Origin: a virus
Length of the DNA stretch: 64,000 bases
Virus record (IMG/VR): IMGVR_UViG_3300044858_003017
Direction: 5' to 3' (one strand)
The translations under genes were made by a program, and so were the position numbers. The notes beneath the pieces were generated by a model. The model was not told the origin of the DNA. It ran no database searches and saw nothing but the letters and a program-made list of their open reading frames with translations. The number at the start of each line of letters is the position of its first letter. Positions within the stretch are counted from its first letter, which is position 1. Positions 60,303 to 64,000 of the stretch are shown here, one piece after another.

Positions 60303-60328
60303 AAAAAAGTGCGCCATAAGACGCACTC
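60303..60328 (-). terminator. Intrinsic terminator
   Basis: GAGTGCGTC-TTAT-GGCGCAC-TTTTTT. Confidence 0.8.
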
Positions 60329-60380
60329 TTCAACATTTGCCTCGAAATGTTTTGCCTAAGGTAGCAGGCATCGTCAATAA

Positions 60381-61478
60381 TTATTGTTTAGTAAATATGA
60401 TTCGCAACATATTCCATTTAATAGAAATGTTTTGATTTTTTTCTAAAGCTTGTTTAATTTTGTTGGTTTGCATTTTATCAAATTCAATTGTATAATTAAC
60501 CATTTTAATAACTGGCAAATCTGCTTCAATTGCCAAATTAGGTTTATTAGAAATTTCATCAAACGTTAAATCAAATTTAGATCTGCCAATCATTTTATTT
60601 ATTGGTTCGAACGAACTACCAACTTCATATTCTAATTTATAAACTGCAGTTTTATTTGTTTTCTTGTTATAAACTCGTACGGTTGAATCTGATTTTTTCT
60701 TGATAACAATATTATCTAATACTGCTGATTCGTTTAATTGATTTTTACGATTTTCTAATATCCAATCTTGTCCTAAAAGATTGCCATTAACTCGATTCCA
60801 AAATGATTCAGTCATTGCATCTTTTGGAGTATCATATGCAGCATCATATGTTTCTACACCAGTTGCATTGAATCCAAACGCATGCGTTTCATCATCGCCA
60901 TATTCATCCAATGATGCCATATCATCTACGCCTTCTTTTACATCTTCCCCTGGTTCATACCATTTGCCATCACCATCGCTATCTTGCCAACGTGGTTCTG
61001 ATGTACCTGACTTCGACGGTTTACCATATCCCGCAGATCCGGTTTTATCTTCACGCTTAGCACGTTTCAATTCACGTCCTTTTTCACCCATTTGTTTTCT
61101 AAGTTGCTTTTCGCGTTCTGGACTTAAATTAGAATCTTTATAATACTGATGTTTAAGATCGGCAATCTCTTTTTCCAATTTAGCAATCTTAGCTTTAACA
61201 GCATCAGCTGAGCCAAAATATTTAGAAAATTTTGTTTTAGCAGTTTTTTGATCTATGTCAGATAATTGATTGTATATGTTTGTTAATTTAGTTTTATCAT
61301 AAACATGATTATCTCGTTCATGTTGTTTAACTGCATATTCTAAATCACTTAGTGATTTTTCTGATTCAGATAAATTAGTTCTATGAGTTGCAATTGCATC
61401 CTTAAGGGTAGGCAAAGATCCATCTGCCTTACGTTCCCAGGCATATCCTTCTAATAAAATATCTTTAAGTTTTTTCAT
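60381..61478 (-). CDS. Modular putative capsid-cargo protein
   Basis: MKKLKDILLE leader, many LxE-type sites, WQDSDGDGKWYEPGEDV motif. Confidence 0.65.
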   Translation of the reverse strand: MKKLKDILLEGYAWERKADGSLPTLKDAIATHRTNLSESEKSLSDLEYAVKQHERDNHVYDKTKLTNIYNQLSDIDQKTAKTKFSKYFGSADAVKAKIAKLEKEIADLKHQYYKDSNLSPEREKQLRKQMGEKGRELKRAKREDKTGSAGYGKPSKSGTSEPRWQDSDGDGKWYEPGEDVKEGVDDMASLDEYGDDETHAFGFNATGVETYDAAYDTPKDAMTESFWNRVNGNLLGQDWILENRKNQLNESAVLDNIVIKKKSDSTVRVYNKKTNKTAVYKLEYEVGSSFEPINKMIGRSKFDLTFDEISNKPNLAIEADLPVIKMVNYTIEFDKMQTNKIKQALEKNQNISIKWNMLRIIFTKQ

Positions 61479-61515
61479 CGTTATCCAATTTTATTAATAA
61501 ATATCATGTAGTTGT

Positions 61516-62382
61516 TTATTCTGCTGATGCATACGTTCCATTAGGCAATTTTACAGCTACACCATCTCGAACCAATGCATCCCAAACCTTAGCGGCATCT
61601 GCAGATTGATAATCATCTGAATATAGACGTTTACCTTGGCTTTGCAATTTGCGAATCATGAAACGGTATAATCCTTTGCCAATACCTTGATTGCGAAAAC
61701 GATCATATAAAACGGTTTCTTTAACTTTATATCCATCCTGCACGGGACGTAAACGGAATGCACCCATACGTTCCGAATCATAATAAGGAACAAATACTAA
61801 TAGTCCGTTTACTTCCATGTTTTTAATTTTGATTTTGCTAGTATCAATAGTATCGGCAACACCAGTAGCATCAGCCGTACTTTTTCTAACCAACCACAAT
61901 TTATCACGTTCCATTAATATTGTATAACCAGCAGACATAATTTCCGCTGCATGTGCATCTAGCAATGCTTTATATATACGTGTCTTTTGTTGAGTCCTAG
62001 ATTGAGTTGTATCATACCCTGCAACATCAACAGCTGTTGGAGCATATATACGGATAAATGATAACAATGCTTCCTTAGACGTTGCCATTAAACGCATATA
62101 GTTTAGTTGTCCTGCACTACTACTTCGTTCATGGGATACTGTCCAATCCGTACCACCCCAGCCCGTATCATGTGCAGGAGTCATAAAAGCAAATACATAT
62201 TCTTTTCTATCTGGAGATTGATATCCCGTATCTTTCGCAAACGTAAATGTTACGGGAACTCTATCACAATATACAGTATCTTCATATGCACCATTTCCAG
62301 CATCTGCCCAAGTAAATGAATTGGCATATGGAGTTACGCCACTCAAAGAAATTTCTTGAAGAATATGTTTTAGTTGTATCAT
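61516..62382 (-). CDS. Leader, unknown domain and GNAT acetyltransferase-like domain
   Basis: MIQLKHILQE; FRNQGIGKGLY acetyl-CoA motif A; SDDYQSADAAKVWDAL. Confidence 0.7.
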   Translation of the reverse strand: MIQLKHILQEISLSGVTPYANSFTWADAGNGAYEDTVYCDRVPVTFTFAKDTGYQSPDRKEYVFAFMTPAHDTGWGGTDWTVSHERSSSAGQLNYMRLMATSKEALLSFIRIYAPTAVDVAGYDTTQSRTQQKTRIYKALLDAHAAEIMSAGYTILMERDKLWLVRKSTADATGVADTIDTSKIKIKNMEVNGLLVFVPYYDSERMGAFRLRPVQDGYKVKETVLYDRFRNQGIGKGLYRFMIRKLQSQGKRLYSDDYQSADAAKVWDALVRDGVAVKLPNGTYASAE

Positions 62383-62720
62383 GATTTTTTAATGAATGTA
62401 ATAGTAGTAGGAAACTCAGTGAGTTCAATTTCTGATTCTCCGTCTTTGATTGCATTAATCAATTTATTGAGTTTAGCTAAGCTTAATTTTTGTTTTTGGT
62501 CTTGATTAGTCGATACAAAGTATTTACCATCTTCTTTGTATACGGCAGTTATGCCAACGTCACCGGAATAAACCAACGGAATATCAATTTTAACTTTGTA
62601 TCGCGCGGTATTACCACCCCACGAAGCCTCAACCGGTCCACCCGATTGCGTATTCACGGCTCGCAAGGTAACGCCATTAATGTTAATTGATTCAGTCAAT
62701 AAAGATTTTAATCGTATCAT
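62379..62720 (-). CDS. Putative capsid-cargo protein
   Basis: MIRLKSLLTE leader directly after late motif. Confidence 0.65.
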   Translation of the reverse strand: MIRLKSLLTESININGVTLRAVNTQSGGPVEASWGGNTARYKVKIDIPLVYSGDVGITAVYKEDGKYFVSTNQDQKQKLSLAKLNKLINAIKDGESEIELTEFPTTITFIKKS

Positions 62721-62783
62721 ATTAATAAATATAGTACGTTAGTAATAGTACGCCCGTTAAATAAAAAATGAAAAGAAGCGTTC

Positions 62784-62830
62784 CTTTCAGGCCCGCTCTC
62801 AAACCAAGAACGCTTTCAGGCCCGCTCTCA
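62784..62830. repeat. 18-bp direct repeat CTTTCAGGCCCGCTCTCA x2 overlapping a terminator-like stem
   Basis: Copies at 62784-62801 and 62813-62830; AAGCGTTC/GAACGCTT inverted repeat with T-run on minus strand. Confidence 0.75.
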
Positions 62831-62838
62831 CACCGAGC

Positions 62839-63339
62839 TTATCGTCGACCCGTAGCTATGTTAGCTCGGACCAACCATAAACCAGAACTCGTATCAAGAA
62901 CCCGATATCCCGCGACGGTGATGCGAGACATATTATCAGCTAACAAGGCACGATATATACGAGTCTTTTGAGCATCCTTGCGAACATTGGCAGTATCAGA
63001 ACCCGTTATGTCGATTGATGCGGGTTGCCATTGTGTTGCAAAATCAATGAGGGCTTCCGTCACCGTTGACATAAGGCGCAGGTAATTTACTTGTCCCGCC
63101 GCCGCGCTTTTGTCGTGCGCCACGGTAACATCTTTGCCGTCTTGGGTAGGCGTCAGTATGGCAAACGCCCATTGTTGATGTCCTTGGTACACCATTGCTA
63201 GCGTGATGCGATGTCCATCTGCTTGGAATACCGTTTCTCGAGATTCTCCATCTGTTGTGCGCGACCAAGTAAATTGTGTGACGTATGGGGCAACTCCGCC
63301 TAAAGTAATTTCCGTAACGAGCTGTCGTAATCGTATCAT
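62839..63339 (-). CDS. Putative capsid-cargo protein, paralog of N-domain of 61516..62382
   Basis: MIRLRQLVTE; shared AGQ.NY.RLM.T..EAL and QKTRIY.ALL...AGY...LWLVR. Confidence 0.7.
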   Translation of the reverse strand: MIRLRQLVTEITLGGVAPYVTQFTWSRTTDGESRETVFQADGHRITLAMVYQGHQQWAFAILTPTQDGKDVTVAHDKSAAAGQVNYLRLMSTVTEALIDFATQWQPASIDITGSDTANVRKDAQKTRIYRALLADNMSRITVAGYRVLDTSSGLWLVRANIATGRR

Positions 63340-63384
63340 ATTAATAAATATGGTTTCCCGGGAATCCTGGAAACGATGCGGCCG

Positions 63385-63819
63385 TTATCCTCGTACGTAT
63401 GGTTTTAATAAAGACTCAATAGTAGTTTGTTTTGATGCATCCCAATCTGCAGCATATATGGTAGAATCTACCATATCGCCTACTGATGCTTTGATACCGG
63501 TACCGTAAACCCGCGCAAACACTTTGTTGTTTTGAGGTGCATTCTCATCTATTACAATTGCAATTTCTACTTGATGAGTTAATGTTTGTGGAAATTTGGC
63601 TTTCCATCCTTCCCCATATGACCATGTCTCTGAAATTTCAGATTTTGATCGATCGTCTAACGTTGGCCTAGATTTTCGACTTTGCAATTCGAGCTTGTGC
63701 ATTTTAGCGTATTTGCGTGCCCATTCAACTAATTTGATGCCTTGATCTGCTGCAGCATCGTCACCTTGGTTTTGCTCTGCTAAATATCGTTTCCAGAGTG
63801 TTAAGTAAGCTTGTTCCAT
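63385..63819 (-). CDS. Hypothetical late protein
   Basis: WKRYLAE-Q leader; late motif 63852-63861. Confidence 0.6.
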   Translation of the reverse strand: MEQAYLTLWKRYLAEQNQGDDAAADQGIKLVEWARKYAKMHKLELQSRKSRPTLDDRSKSEISETWSYGEGWKAKFPQTLTHQVEIAIVIDENAPQNNKVFARVYGTGIKASVGDMVDSTIYAADWDASKQTTIESLLKPYVRG

Positions 63820-64000
63820 GTTTAGATATATCCTTTAATATATTATACTATTAATAAATATATGACACCGTCATATTCAATATAGAGCACCTATATAGCA
63901 AAATTTTTACCCGTGCGAGAAAAACATATATAACCATCCTCATCTAGATGGGGGTGCCCTACCCCTTTAACGAAACCCTCCCCACCCCCCTTGATCACCC

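Noticed and set aside
62784-62830. Mini CRISPR array
   Set aside because: Only two 18-bp copies with an 11-bp gap; no cas gene
62768-62971. Plus-strand 67-aa ORF across the repeat
   Set aside because: Overlaps 62839..63339 antisense and merely translates the repeat
297-63508. Many plus-strand ORFs in the track (e.g. 876..1223, 42508..43026, 44254..44700)
   Set aside because: Antisense shadows of well-supported minus-strand genes; no promoter motif or recognisable protein motif
1-64000. Stop-codon reassignment
   Set aside because: Core genes are full length under code 11 and TAA, TGA and TAG all end genes

Overview
64 kb of an AT-rich, large T4-like (myovirus-type) phage genome, almost all on the minus strand. 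It holds the head module (terminase, portal, prohead protease, scaffold, major capsid protein), neck and tail-completion genes, fibre genes, a long baseplate block, a fused Mre11-Rad50 nuclease, primase, T7-endonuclease-I-like resolvase, gp55-like late sigma factor, PhoH, UvsE and ribosomal protein bS21. bS21, a DUF4494-like gene, an Hc1-like gene and signal peptides cleaved before Gln point to a Bacteroidota host (inference). Two promoter classes are readable from the DNA: about 25 strand-specific ATATTTAT late motifs and six TTGGAT-N17-TAnnnT sites. Best candidates for undescribed biology: (1) unrelated cargo enzymes sharing an N-terminal MIxLKxLLxE leader resembling a capsid-targeting/prohead-protease signal; (2) a duplicated convergent cassette pairing a late putative cargo protein with an earlier-expressed secreted protein (50.2-53.5 kb); (3) a compact multi-stem RNA in the 5' UTR of a fibre gene (3791-3852); (4) Shine-Dalgarno motifs enriched in late genes next to a phage bS21; (5) strong (S/T)-(G/A/S)-S enrichment in exterior virion proteins. 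All family assignments are by eye from motifs; no searches were run.
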